Counted from the first letter of the stretch, positions 26,829 to 37,196 are shown. The stretch is 64,000 nucleotides of DNA from Candidatus Nomurabacteria bacterium RIFCSPLOWO2_01_FULL_41_18 (GCA_001785865.1 MFUZ01000006.1:111307-175306); one strand, 5' to 3'. Program-made: numbers and translations. Notes: a model not told the origin generated them from the sequence alone.

Positions 26829-28490
26829 CTAATACACTTCTTGCTGATAACATTTTTCACAATAAATTTGATAAATTTTTTGGTCTTCTGGTTTATATGA
26901 CGTTTGTATTTCTTTGTCACACTTAGCGCATTTTCCTTTCCAGAGGTTTCTAGGATTTCTTTTACTCATGCGCGATTCATGTCTGCAGTTAAAACACTCG
27001 GCTGGAAGTGCCAATTTATTTTTCTTATAAAAATTTACCTCTCTATTTATTAATTTAAAATTTTTCTCACAACTTTCACATGTCAGAACTTCTTTGATTA
27101 ATTTATCATTGTAATCTTTCGGATCTTTTGGTAAATCTTTATACTTAATAGTTCCCTGTCCTTTGGTAGCTGGTATGTCATCTTTCCATCTGAAACCTTG
27201 CGCGAGAGCTTCTTCTTTTGTGAGAGGCATGTATTCGTTGACTATTGCTTCATTGTAAGCAAAGGGACTCAGTTCTTTCGGAGGGAACAGTCCCCACTCT
27301 TTGTTCCTGACCATATGTTCAATTAATTTTTGTGTTAGTTTATTGTATTCTTCTTTAATGTACTGTTTATTAAATATACAATAAGCTTTCTTTCTAAGTC
27401 CGTAGCATCCAAATAAATTATTTGAACCATCACAATACTCTGAATAATAAATATCGTGGGAATCAACTATGTTTTGTGAACCAATCACTTTAGTGCCTTT
27501 ATCGATTGTTAAAGACTGGTAACTTTCTTCTAAGTCAGTTGTGAAAGATATGTCGTATGAATCTATGGCTTTTCTTAAAGTAAAACAAAATTTTGAATTT
27601 TCTCCGCTTTTAATATCAAATGAGTGATGTATGTTGTGGGCGTTATAAATATGATTTCCAGAAACATTGTTATTATGAGAGCCGAAAAAAGAGCGTTGAG
27701 GGATTGTTTTACGTAGTTTCTCTCTTTCTTTTAGAATAAAGTCTATGCTAGATTTTTCACTTAATGGGTATTTTAATAAAAACTGTTTGTATTCTTCTCT
27801 GGTAACCTGCTTATTAAAAATGTAATAAGATTTATTGACTTGGCCCACGCACCCAATGCAATTTAAACAATTTCTGCAATCAAAGAGTCCTATTGAGTCT
27901 ACACATGCTTCACTTTCTTGTGAATATAAAAGTTTACTAGACCCCAAACAGTCAATACATTCATAACAAGATTCGCATTTAAAGAGGTATAAGTTGTCTA
28001 GGCAATCTCTACAGTTCCAGATAATATGTCCATAATCACAATCTTCACTATCAACACACCCAAAAGCAAGGTAGCAATTTTTACTGCGAATAATTTGATT
28101 TGAGTATTCACTATTTTCATTCTGCATATTTCTGAGAGATATGTGGGGAATTGCATTTATTAATTTACTTATCTGGCTAAAAAAGGGCTTTTCCCAGTCA
28201 ATATCCATTCCGTATGACATTGGATCCCAATCATCACTCCACCATTCCGAAATGTCATACACAGGAAAAGGCGTATCAGTATCGTAGACTGAAATTATCA
28301 TTTTACCCGACATACTTGAAGGTCTTTTATATAGAGTTTTAAAATTTCTAAAAAGCGTACGCAACTGCTGTCTGCACTCTGGACACTTTTCTGGCGCTGG
28401 TACACCCATCTTTTCATAAAACCCAAAATCATCTGGCTCTATTATGAAATCTTTCTTACAGTTTTGACAATTTTTTGTTTCTTCTTGCAT
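26829..28490 (-). CDS. Cys-rich hypothetical protein (about 40 Cys in CxxC arrangements, with terminal zinc-ribbon pairs) inserted between purQ and purL.
   Basis: N-terminal CQNC...CPEC; a central cluster NCRDCLDNLYLFKCESCYECIDCLG...CRNCLNCIGCVG; C-terminal CESCEKN...CFNCRH and CAKCDKE...CEKCYQQ. Confidence 0.5.
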   Translation of the reverse strand: MQEETKNCQNCKKDFIIEPDDFGFYEKMGVPAPEKCPECRQQLRTLFRNFKTLYKRPSSMSGKMIISVYDTDTPFPVYDISEWWSDDWDPMSYGMDIDWEKPFFSQISKLINAIPHISLRNMQNENSEYSNQIIRSKNCYLAFGCVDSEDCDYGHIIWNCRDCLDNLYLFKCESCYECIDCLGSSKLLYSQESEACVDSIGLFDCRNCLNCIGCVGQVNKSYYIFNKQVTREEYKQFLLKYPLSEKSSIDFILKEREKLRKTIPQRSFFGSHNNNVSGNHIYNAHNIHHSFDIKSGENSKFCFTLRKAIDSYDISFTTDLEESYQSLTIDKGTKVIGSQNIVDSHDIYYSEYCDGSNNLFGCYGLRKKAYCIFNKQYIKEEYNKLTQKLIEHMVRNKEWGLFPPKELSPFAYNEAIVNEYMPLTKEEALAQGFRWKDDIPATKGQGTIKYKDLPKDPKDYNDKLIKEVLTCESCEKNFKLINREVNFYKKNKLALPAECFNCRHESRMSKRNPRNLWKGKCAKCDKEIQTSYKPEDQKIYQIYCEKCYQQEVY

Positions 28491-28536
28491 GTTTTTCTAT
28501 TTACCTATTCGTACGAATAAGACAATCAATATATTT

Positions 28537-31503
28537 TTACTTCATACTTTTTGAAAATTTATGATAAATTTCGTGCAATTTTTTGACGTTTGTATCAACT
28601 ACTTTTTTCTTGTCATCTATGATCACAATCTTTCCATTTCTTTCAACTTTTCCTATTTTAACACAAGTAATATTTTCCATTATTTTTTCAAACTGTTTTG
28701 TATTTTTCGTAGATACAGATACTAAAATTCTGCCCTGACTTTCGGAGAAAAGTTTAGCGTCTATAGATGTTGCATTTCCGGAAAGTTTGACAATATCTAC
28801 TTTGCATCCGACATTTCCTCCCACGCATGCTTTAGCAAGTGCAACCCCCAACCCTCCAGAAGTCACAGAAATAGAAGAAGCCACTAATTCTTTCTGAATT
28901 GCTTTTTCTAAGGCAAGATAAGTTTTAAGATTTTTTCCTAAATTAACTTTTGGCACAGTATTACCAATACTATTAGTTTTTTTTGCAATCATTTTGTAGT
29001 ATTCGCTTGCCCCGAGTTCATCGTTGGTTTCACCTAGTAAATAAATTGTGTCCCCTGCTTTTTTAAATTCAGGTGAAACAGCTTTGTATAAATCAGGCAT
29101 GACGCCAATTGCCGAAATAAGAAGCGTTGGAGGAATAGAAATAGCTACTGAATTGCCTTTTTCATCATAGCCTTTGAAGTCATTAAACATACTGTCTTTA
29201 CCTGATATAAATGGGGTACCGTAGCCTACTGCACCCGCATAGCAGGCCCTGATGGCTTCTACGAGTTGATACAGTCGTTTCGGGTCATTTGATGAGCACC
29301 AACAAGTATTGTCTAAAATAGCGAGGTGAGAAAGCGTTCCACCGGAAGCGACAATATTTCTAATTGCAGTGTCAAGCGCACAAAGTGCCATATGGTAACA
29401 ACTCAAGTCTCCATAGGAAGGATAAACTCCAGTCGACAAGATAACTCCCTTATTAGAATTCAAAACTGGACGAAAAATTTGAGTATCGGTATTTATTCTA
29501 CCAGAACCCGAGAGGGGTTTTAATACAGAAGACGCCTGAACTTCATGGTCATATTGTTCAGAGATAAAAGAAAATCCAGAAAGATTAATGTTATCTAATA
29601 AATTTTCTAAATCTTTTGTGCGAAATGTGCCTTTTGGTAATATAGGTTCAGGATATTTATTTTCTATTTTTTCTGTAGTTAGATTATGTTTCGGTAGCCC
29701 ATTATGTAGAAATTCCATATCTAAATCCACAATCTTTTTTCCTTGAAAGTTAACAATACATTTTCCGGAATTTGTGAATTCACCTATCACCGTGGCTTCA
29801 ACTCCCCGGGTTTCCATAAGCTTGTGAAATGTTTTCCATTTATTTTTCGGCACAGAGAGGGTCATTCTTTCTTGTGATTCAGAAATCCAAATTTCCCAAG
29901 GGCGCAAACCTGGATATTTTAACGGCACTTTTTCTAAAAATACTTTTAACCCACTAGATTCTTTTGCCATTTCTGCCACTGAGGAAGAAAGACCTCCTGC
30001 GCCATTGTCAGTAATACTGTTGTACAAATTCATATCACGCGCTTCTTTTATTATCGCATCGCTTAATTTTTTCTGAGTTATGGGGTCACCGATTTGTACT
30101 GCAGTAGCGGGAGAACTTGAGTTTAAAGAAACAGATGAAAAAGTTGCACCATGTATTCCATCTAGTCCTACTCTTCCTCCAGCCATGACAATATAGTCCC
30201 CCGCTTGTGCTCTTTTTTCATGTGAAAGTTTTTTATTCCCAAAAGAGGCGGGCAGGCTTCTAGGAATTAACCCGACAGTTCCAGCAAAAACTAATGGCTT
30301 ACCACGATACCGTTCATCAAATTTTATAAATCCTGAAAGAGTAGGAATTCCAGAGCAATTTCCTCCGACGTTTATGCCTTTTATAACCCCATCCATGATT
30401 CTTTTTGGAGAAAGCATTTTTTGTTTTTTTTCTTTGTCTCGAAATAGCGGTCTTTGATCTTCTGGATATCCAAAACAAAATCCATAAGTATTAGCCACAG
30501 GCTTAGCTCCCAGTCCAAAGCCAATAGCATCACGATTGACACCCACAATACCTGTAACAGCTCCGCCAAAGGGGTCTAATGCTGAAGGACTGTTGTGCGT
30601 TTCCACTTTGTGGGTTATCAAATAATCTTTATCAAAAATTATTCCTCCGGCATTGTCACTAAAAACAGAAACACAAAAATCATCCCCTTTTCTCTGTTTC
30701 TCTTTGCGTATTAAATTTGTTGCGCCTTTTATATAAGTTTTATACAGACCATCCTTGATCTCGTCTATTGGATTCGCAAAAATAGTATGTTTACAATGTT
30801 CAGACCATGTTTGAGCCAATGTTTCTAGCTCAATATCCGTCGGATTTCTTTTTAACTTCAAAAAATGTTCTTTGATAGCTTGCATTGAAGCCAAATCAAG
30901 CGCCAATGGACCTCTTCGCTTATTCTCTTTGCCATTTTCATCACGAATTCCTTCTTTACCTATTTTAATAAGTTCTTCATCTGAAACATTTAGGGAAATA
31001 TTAATAACAGTTTTTCTTTTTTCTAAAACAACTTTTGGAACTTTATTTGGTAAATTTATTTTTTGAGATTTAATTTCTACAATAGTAGCTTTTTCAATTA
31101 AAGGGTTGTGCATGGAAATTGCAGTTTCTTTTACTTCTTCGATTGTCCCGGATACAAGAAAAATCTTTGAAGTGTATACTTCAAAGTCAGAACTCTTTTT
31201 AAACTTCAACAGATCTTTGGCTATTTCTTTGACTGTGTGAGCCACATTGTCTGTAACTCCGGGTAAAAAGCTTATTTCGATCAAATAATTAAACTTCCCC
31301 CGAAAACCGTCTTCGGGGAATTTATTTATAGAGAAATTTTCCAGAATAGGATTTGTAAGCGCTTCAGTAAGAGTTTGAAGCTCTTTTTGAGATAATTTAG
31401 AGTCAATAAGATAGGAATTGACTTGCTTGCTTTCTTTTTTCGGCCCGCCTGCAACGCTATGCGTAGCATTGCGGGCAGGCATCACATATATCCGCGAAAT
31501 CAT
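28537..31503 (-). CDS. purL: Phosphoribosylformylglycinamidine synthase II (PurL) with an N-terminal PurS-like domain. Apparent PurS::PurL fusion.
   Basis: Two PurM-like repeats of PurL occupy the C-terminal about 750 aa. The N-terminal about 140 aa resemble PurS (…LIEISFLPGVTDNVAHTVKE…). Confidence 0.85.
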   Translation of the reverse strand: MISRIYVMPARNATHSVAGGPKKESKQVNSYLIDSKLSQKELQTLTEALTNPILENFSINKFPEDGFRGKFNYLIEISFLPGVTDNVAHTVKEIAKDLLKFKKSSDFEVYTSKIFLVSGTIEEVKETAISMHNPLIEKATIVEIKSQKINLPNKVPKVVLEKRKTVINISLNVSDEELIKIGKEGIRDENGKENKRRGPLALDLASMQAIKEHFLKLKRNPTDIELETLAQTWSEHCKHTIFANPIDEIKDGLYKTYIKGATNLIRKEKQRKGDDFCVSVFSDNAGGIIFDKDYLITHKVETHNSPSALDPFGGAVTGIVGVNRDAIGFGLGAKPVANTYGFCFGYPEDQRPLFRDKEKKQKMLSPKRIMDGVIKGINVGGNCSGIPTLSGFIKFDERYRGKPLVFAGTVGLIPRSLPASFGNKKLSHEKRAQAGDYIVMAGGRVGLDGIHGATFSSVSLNSSSPATAVQIGDPITQKKLSDAIIKEARDMNLYNSITDNGAGGLSSSVAEMAKESSGLKVFLEKVPLKYPGLRPWEIWISESQERMTLSVPKNKWKTFHKLMETRGVEATVIGEFTNSGKCIVNFQGKKIVDLDMEFLHNGLPKHNLTTEKIENKYPEPILPKGTFRTKDLENLLDNINLSGFSFISEQYDHEVQASSVLKPLSGSGRINTDTQIFRPVLNSNKGVILSTGVYPSYGDLSCYHMALCALDTAIRNIVASGGTLSHLAILDNTCWCSSNDPKRLYQLVEAIRACYAGAVGYGTPFISGKDSMFNDFKGYDEKGNSVAISIPPTLLISAIGVMPDLYKAVSPEFKKAGDTIYLLGETNDELGASEYYKMIAKKTNSIGNTVPKVNLGKNLKTYLALEKAIQKELVASSISVTSGGLGVALAKACVGGNVGCKVDIVKLSGNATSIDAKLFSESQGRILVSVSTKNTKQFEKIMENITCVKIGKVERNGKIVIIDDKKKVVDTNVKKLHEIYHKFSKSMK

Positions 31504-31512
31504 GCCTACATC

Positions 31513-32736
31513 TTATATTATTTTCATTTCTTTGCCAACTTCTTGCATTATTTTAAATGCTCGATCAATCTGTTCTTTTGTATGAGCAGCAGAAATTTGA
31601 AAACGCAACCTAGCTGTTCCTTCTGGTACGACTGGGAACCAAAGACCCACTACGAATAATCCTTTTTCTAAAAGTTTTTTGCTCATTTCTTGTGTTTTTG
31701 CAGCATCACCCAACATTACGGGTATAATCGGATGATCTCCTTCTAAAACATTAAAGCCTAATTTTTTCACTCCCGTTCTAAAGTATTCTGAATTCTCTTT
31801 TACTTTTGTCAGCAGTTCAGGTTTTTCTTTTAATAAATCAAGTGCTTTAATTGAGGTAATTACCACAGATGGAGGAACAGAATTTGAAAAAAGATAAGTT
31901 CGAGATTTTTGGCGAAGCAATTCTACAATTTCTTTTTTACCTGCAACATATCCGCCGACTGCTCCACCAAGCGCTTTACCGAAAGTTCCAGAAAGAATGT
32001 CAATCTTTCCGTGAAGGCCAAAGTGTTCCGGTGTGCCAGCTCCAGTTTTTCCTAGCACTCCCACAGCATGCGCATCGTCCACGAAGAGCAGTGTTTCGTA
32101 TTTTATTGAAAGCTCTAAAATTTTAGGCAATTGCGCCAGGTATCCCTCCATAGAAAAAACTCCGTCAGTGACAATTGTTTTAAAACGATAGCCCTTGCCT
32201 TTATCTTCTTCCAACATTTTTTCGAGTGTAGCAACATCTCCATGCGGATATATTCTTTTCACCACATTTTCTTTCTTGCAAAGCTTAAAAGCATCAATGA
32301 TACTAGCGTGATTTAGTTCATCGCTGTAAATTGCGTCTATATGCTCTGTGCTACCTAGTGCTTCATTCGCTATCGTCGCAAAAAATCCTAAGTTCGACAT
32401 AAAGTTTGTAGAGTACAGAATGACATCTTCGGTACTCAAGAATTCAGCCAACTTTTTCTCTAAAATTTTATGTATTGTTTCTGTACCTGAGATAAATCTT
32501 ACAGAAGAAAGCCCGAAGCCATGAGTGTCGATTGCTTCTCTGGCGGACTTCACTATTTCTGGATGGTTGGAAAGACCTAAATAGTTGTTGGATGCGAACA
32601 TCAGCACCTTTTTCCCGCCGATAGTTACTTCTGGTCCTTGTGCGCCTTCTAATTCTCTTTCAATCTTAAATTTTCCTGTTTTCTTGAGAGCATCCAGTTC
32701 ATTCTCTACATCTTGAATTAATTTTTTTGAGTACAT
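31513..32736 (-). CDS. kbl: 2-amino-3-ketobutyrate CoA ligase (glycine C-acetyltransferase), a class II PLP aminotransferase. BioF is the alternative assignment.
   Basis: AONS/KBL family length and motifs, with a PLP Lys region. The gene is adjacent to a Tdh-like Zn-ADH gene. Confidence 0.75.
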   Translation of the reverse strand: MYSKKLIQDVENELDALKKTGKFKIERELEGAQGPEVTIGGKKVLMFASNNYLGLSNHPEIVKSAREAIDTHGFGLSSVRFISGTETIHKILEKKLAEFLSTEDVILYSTNFMSNLGFFATIANEALGSTEHIDAIYSDELNHASIIDAFKLCKKENVVKRIYPHGDVATLEKMLEEDKGKGYRFKTIVTDGVFSMEGYLAQLPKILELSIKYETLLFVDDAHAVGVLGKTGAGTPEHFGLHGKIDILSGTFGKALGGAVGGYVAGKKEIVELLRQKSRTYLFSNSVPPSVVITSIKALDLLKEKPELLTKVKENSEYFRTGVKKLGFNVLEGDHPIIPVMLGDAAKTQEMSKKLLEKGLFVVGLWFPVVPEGTARLRFQISAAHTKEQIDRAFKIMQEVGKEMKII

Positions 32737-32744
32737 ATTTATAT

Positions 32745-33086
32745 TTATTTATTAGCAAGATCCATTCTAAATTCTTTACCATGATCTTTGAAACCAAGCT
32801 TGGAATACAATGCATGGACTTTTGGGCTCTCGTAACGACTAGTGCAAATTATTTTGTAGCAATTTAGATTTTTGGCTTTCTCGATCACTTCATTTACTAA
32901 TTTTGTACCTATGCCTTTGCTCCGATTTTCTTCGGATACAAAAACGTCTTCTAAAAACCCAAAAGGTGCTTTGTGTAAATCATTAAACATAATATAAAGA
33001 TAAGCTCGGCCCAAAATTTCGCCATCCACTTCCGCTGTGACTTTTATAGCATAACTTTTATTTTCTTTGCTTAATTTTATCTCCAT
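32745..33086 (-). CDS. GNAT-family N-acetyltransferase.
   Basis: Acetyl-CoA binding motif 'RSKGIGTKLV'. Confidence 0.7.
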   Translation of the reverse strand: MEIKLSKENKSYAIKVTAEVDGEILGRAYLYIMFNDLHKAPFGFLEDVFVSEENRSKGIGTKLVNEVIEKAKNLNCYKIICTSRYESPKVHALYSKLGFKDHGKEFRMDLANK

Positions 33087-33091
33087 ATGTT

Positions 33092-34306
33092 CTAACCATT
33101 GATTTTAAAAATAATTTTTGGATTTTGATCCATTGCTTTCTCAAAACTCTCTGGTGTGAAATCTTTAAAAGATAAAATTGTATCTTTTCCTTCTTTAAGG
33201 ACAACATTCCATATTGCGTCTTGAATACCATTACTTTTGTCGTTTAAAATTCTTTGAGCTATCTGCCACGTACGGAAAATTTCACGTCCAATGATGTTGT
33301 GAATAGTTAAACCTCGAATAATCACGCGAGAAAATTTCGGAATAGTCAGATCACCATCTTTAATGCCAAAAAATATTACATGTCCTCCCCTTCTAGTGCT
33401 ATCAATAGCATTATTTACAGAGGAAAAAGCTCCAGCCATCTCCATTGATACGTCCACGCCCTTACCATAGGTAAGTTTCATTATTTGCTCTACTACGACA
33501 GCATCAGCTTCCCAGGATTCTTTTTTATTTGTTTTTTTGATTAATATTGTTTCGTGGGCACCCAACTCTTTTGCCATTTTTAGATTTTCAGGAAGCACAT
33601 CCACTGCTATAATTTTTGCTGCTCCAAAATTCCGCGCCAGTAATATAGAAAATAATCCAATCGGTCCACAACCGAATATTGCGACCCGTTGCCCTCTGAA
33701 ATCCGTAACGGTCGTCGCATGAACTGCATTACCAAAAGGATCGTAAATAGCAGCAATTTCAGGACGAAGGCGTGTAGTATCTACTGCCCATAAATTTTTA
33801 GCAGGAACTTTCACATATTCAGCAAAAACTCCATCAATTGAAATACCAAGGATTGACTCGTTCAGACATACATGGCTTTCACCAATCCTGCATTGGTAAC
33901 AACTTCCACAAGTAACATGAGAATCTCCAGAAACAAGGTTGCCTACTTCTATTTTCGCTTTATTGTGTGGATCGGTATCGTAGTAAAGACTTTTTACCAT
34001 ACTTCCAGCTTCTACGATTTCTCCCACAAATTCATGTCCAGTAATCCTCATACTTTTCTTCTCTTTTTGGAGTGAACTGTGAATCAAGTCTTTAAAAGCA
34101 TTCCGATACCAGAGACCCCTGTCTGAACCGCATACACCCGCATAGAGTATTTTTAAAATTACACAAGTTGCATCGCTATGATATTTTTTTTCATCTAAAA
34201 CAGGCATTGGCACATCACGCATTACAAATCCGCGTTTTCCCTCCCATCCATCTTTTTTGATATCCAGTGTCAGAGCTTTAATTAGTTTTTTTTGTTCTTC
34301 TTTCAT
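33092..34306 (-). CDS. tdh: L-threonine 3-dehydrogenase-like zinc-dependent alcohol dehydrogenase.
   Basis: Zn-binding GHE and CGSD motifs plus a Rossmann fold (GCGPIG). The gene pairs with kbl. Confidence 0.75.
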   Translation of the reverse strand: MKEEQKKLIKALTLDIKKDGWEGKRGFVMRDVPMPVLDEKKYHSDATCVILKILYAGVCGSDRGLWYRNAFKDLIHSSLQKEKKSMRITGHEFVGEIVEAGSMVKSLYYDTDPHNKAKIEVGNLVSGDSHVTCGSCYQCRIGESHVCLNESILGISIDGVFAEYVKVPAKNLWAVDTTRLRPEIAAIYDPFGNAVHATTVTDFRGQRVAIFGCGPIGLFSILLARNFGAAKIIAVDVLPENLKMAKELGAHETILIKKTNKKESWEADAVVVEQIMKLTYGKGVDVSMEMAGAFSSVNNAIDSTRRGGHVIFFGIKDGDLTIPKFSRVIIRGLTIHNIIGREIFRTWQIAQRILNDKSNGIQDAIWNVVLKEGKDTILSFKDFTPESFEKAMDQNPKIIFKING

Positions 34307-34318
34307 ATATTTTATATC

Positions 34319-36172
34319 TTACTCCACGGTCACACTTTTTGCCAGATTGCGTGGTTTGTCGACATCGTTGCCCTTTTCTACTGCTATATAATATGCTAGA
34401 AGTTGCATTGGCACAAAAGCAAGAATTGGAGTCAACATCTCTAGAGTTTTAGGAATATAGATCACATCATCGGCGACATTTTTCAGTTCTTTGTTCCCTT
34501 CGGTGGTTAAGACGATGACTTTGCCTCCTCGCGCCTTTATCTCCTGTATATGAGATTTATTTTTCTCATACATGCTGTCGGTTGGCGCGATGACTAGCGA
34601 TGGAAAATCTTTGTCGATCAGCGAAATTGGTCCGTGCTTGAGCTCGGCCGCATTGCAGCCTTCGGCATGAATATACGAGCATTCTTTCAGCTTGAGTGCA
34701 CCCTCCATAGCGGCTCCGGCGTTATATTTACGCCCGAGAAAAAAGAAATTTTTATATTTTTTATATTTTTTTGCAAGTTTCTTGATCAAATTCGCATGTT
34801 TTAAAATACTCTCGACATATTCCGGGAGTTTTTGTATTTCCTTCAATATTTTTTGGCCGTCGGATTTAGATAAATCGCGCATACGACCCAGATAGATGGC
34901 AAGCATGACGAACAAGAGGGCTTGAGAAGTCGTGGCTTTGGTCGAGGCTACCGCTGTTTCCGGTCCGACATGATTGTAGATGCCCGCATCGACGACTCTC
35001 GCGATGCTCGAGCCGATCACGTTCACTATTCCTAGGGTAAGCAGTTTTTCTTCTTTCGCCTTCTTGATGGCGTTTAGAGTGTCAGCTGTCTCGCCGGATT
35101 GGGAAATGGCAATCAGTCCGGCATGCCTTCCATTGGCGACACTGCGATAAGTGAATTCCGAACCATACTCGACTTTTACTGGAATGCCCGCCAATTCTTC
35201 AAAAGCGTATTCGCCAATAAGCCCGCTAAAACGGGCAGTACCCATGCCTATGATCGTCAGGTGTTCAAGATTTTTAAATTCTTTGTTGAATTTTTCCACT
35301 CCGCCAAATTTTACGTTACCTTTGTCCATGACAATCCGGCCCCTCATAGTATTACGCAAAGATTCCGGCTGATCGAAAATTTCCTTTAACATAAAATGGG
35401 GAAACCCACCCTTTTCCAGTTCCTCAATTTTAGTTTTCAAGGTGTGGACATAAAGATTCTTTCTAACTTTATTTTTTATTGTCTTAAGGGAAAGTTTGCC
35501 ATCTTTGATTACCGCCATTTCTCCGTCTTCCAGGTAAACTACTTTTTTCGTATGTTCGACAATGGGCGTGGCGTCTGAAGCGATAAAAAATTCTCCGTTT
35601 CCGATGCCGATCACAGCCGGACTACCCACTTTGGCGACCACCATAGTCCCCGGCTCATCTTTCGATAGTACCAAGATCGCATAAGCTCCGGTCACCTCCG
35701 CTAGTGCGAGACGGACTGCTTCATCTATAGGTATCTGTCTTCCGGCGCTCCCATTTTTTTTGATATCCTCGATCAAATTCGCCAAGACCTCGGTATCTGT
35801 GTCGCTTTTGAATTTATATCCCTTGCCAATCAATACTTTTTTGATCGAAAGATAGTTCTCAATGATACCATTGTGGACTATGACTATATCTCCTCCGTTC
35901 GATAGATGCGGATGCGCATTCGCATCCGAAGGCACTCCATGAGTCGCCCAGCGAGTGTGAGCGATACCCACTCCGCCAGAGAGCTCATTGTGGCTCTTTG
36001 CAAATTTTGAAAGTTCCGCCACTCTCCCTTTCTTTTTGTAGACAGAAAAAGTCCCGCCTTCTAGGAGGGCGATCCCGGCCGAATCATAGCCGCGGTATTC
36101 TAGGCGTTCTAGTCCCTTGATCAGAACAGGCCAAGCCGTATTTTTTCCGATGTATCCGACAATGCCGCACAT
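34319..36172 (-). CDS. glmS: Glutamine--fructose-6-phosphate aminotransferase (isomerising).
   Basis: MCGIVGYIG N-terminus, two SIS domains and a C-terminal ...TVE. Confidence 0.9.
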   Translation of the reverse strand: MCGIVGYIGKNTAWPVLIKGLERLEYRGYDSAGIALLEGGTFSVYKKKGRVAELSKFAKSHNELSGGVGIAHTRWATHGVPSDANAHPHLSNGGDIVIVHNGIIENYLSIKKVLIGKGYKFKSDTDTEVLANLIEDIKKNGSAGRQIPIDEAVRLALAEVTGAYAILVLSKDEPGTMVVAKVGSPAVIGIGNGEFFIASDATPIVEHTKKVVYLEDGEMAVIKDGKLSLKTIKNKVRKNLYVHTLKTKIEELEKGGFPHFMLKEIFDQPESLRNTMRGRIVMDKGNVKFGGVEKFNKEFKNLEHLTIIGMGTARFSGLIGEYAFEELAGIPVKVEYGSEFTYRSVANGRHAGLIAISQSGETADTLNAIKKAKEEKLLTLGIVNVIGSSIARVVDAGIYNHVGPETAVASTKATTSQALLFVMLAIYLGRMRDLSKSDGQKILKEIQKLPEYVESILKHANLIKKLAKKYKKYKNFFFLGRKYNAGAAMEGALKLKECSYIHAEGCNAAELKHGPISLIDKDFPSLVIAPTDSMYEKNKSHIQEIKARGGKVIVLTTEGNKELKNVADDVIYIPKTLEMLTPILAFVPMQLLAYYIAVEKGNDVDKPRNLAKSVTVE

Positions 36173-36218
36173 AAGGAAAATGATAGCAAAAAATCAAAAT
36201 TTAGGCTATTATCATATA

Positions 36219-37196
36219 ATGAAAAAAATTGTTACAGTGGGTGGAGGTACTGGTAGCTATACTGTTTTGTCTGGACTCAAAGGAATTCCAGAAATTTCTC
36301 TCACAGCGCTAGTCACCATGGCAGATGATGGTGGTTCGACCGGAGTATTACGCGACGAACTTGGCGTTTTGCCTCCCGGTGATGTACGACAATGTCTGGT
36401 CGCTCTCTCGGAACATAGCGACATCGTTCGAAAATTGATGAGTTATAGATTCGAAAATGGAGGGCTCGCAGGCCACAATTTCGGGAATATCTTCCTTGCA
36501 GCTTTGGAAAAAGTTACTGGGAGCTTCGCGACAGGCGTCGAGATCGCTTCGGAAATACTTAAAGTGAGAGGAGACGTGATACCGGTCACCAAGGACATGG
36601 CTAAATTATCTATTATGCTTTCTGACGGAGAATTACTCGAAGGTGAAAATAATATCCAGAATGCTGATCTGAAGAAGAGGGGTGTAAAAAATATTTTTTA
36701 TAAGAATGAAGTGAATTTGAATGAAAATGCCAAGCGCGCCATTCTTTCGGCTGATTACATAATTCTCGGCCCGGGAAACTATTATTGTTCGGTAGTACCT
36801 AATCTTATTGTAAACGGTTTTAAGGACACTACAAATAAGAGCAAAGCAAAAATAATTTTTCCTGTAAACCTGACAAACAAGCTAGAACATACTTCCGGCT
36901 GGAAAGTCAGCGATTATGTAAAAGATATAGAAAAATACCTAGAAAAAAAAGTCGATTATATTCTTGTAAATGATGAAAAGCCGAGCACTGAACAGACAAA
37001 ATTATACGAATTGGAAGAAGGTAAAGGAGTACTGGTAGAAGACGATTTAACGGACGAGCGAGTAGTGCGAGGGAAGCTCCTATCAACTCTCATAGTAAAG
37101 CCAGAATATGATGAAAAAATGCAGGCCACCAGAGGTTTTATTCGCCATGATTCCAAAAAATTAGCCGAGTGCATTAAGAAAATTATAAGAACGTAA
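36219..37196 (+). CDS. YvcK/CofD-like (UPF0052) gluconeogenesis-factor family protein. The start is set at the internal MKKIVTV.
   Basis: Motif KIVTVGGGTGSYTVLSGLK. The track's upstream extension overlaps the glmS 5' end. Confidence 0.75.
   Translation: MKKIVTVGGGTGSYTVLSGLKGIPEISLTALVTMADDGGSTGVLRDELGVLPPGDVRQCLVALSEHSDIVRKLMSYRFENGGLAGHNFGNIFLAALEKVTGSFATGVEIASEILKVRGDVIPVTKDMAKLSIMLSDGELLEGENNIQNADLKKRGVKNIFYKNEVNLNENAKRAILSADYIILGPGNYYCSVVPNLIVNGFKDTTNKSKAKIIFPVNLTNKLEHTSGWKVSDYVKDIEKYLEKKVDYILVNDEKPSTEQTKLYELEEGKGVLVEDDLTDERVVRGKLLSTLIVKPEYDEKMQATRGFIRHDSKKLAECIKKIIRT

Noticed and set aside
31441-31480. Apparent inverted repeat (cctgc...gcagg) overlapping the purL start.
   Set aside because: Only 5 bp of true complementarity with a 21-nt loop, so it is not a convincing structure.
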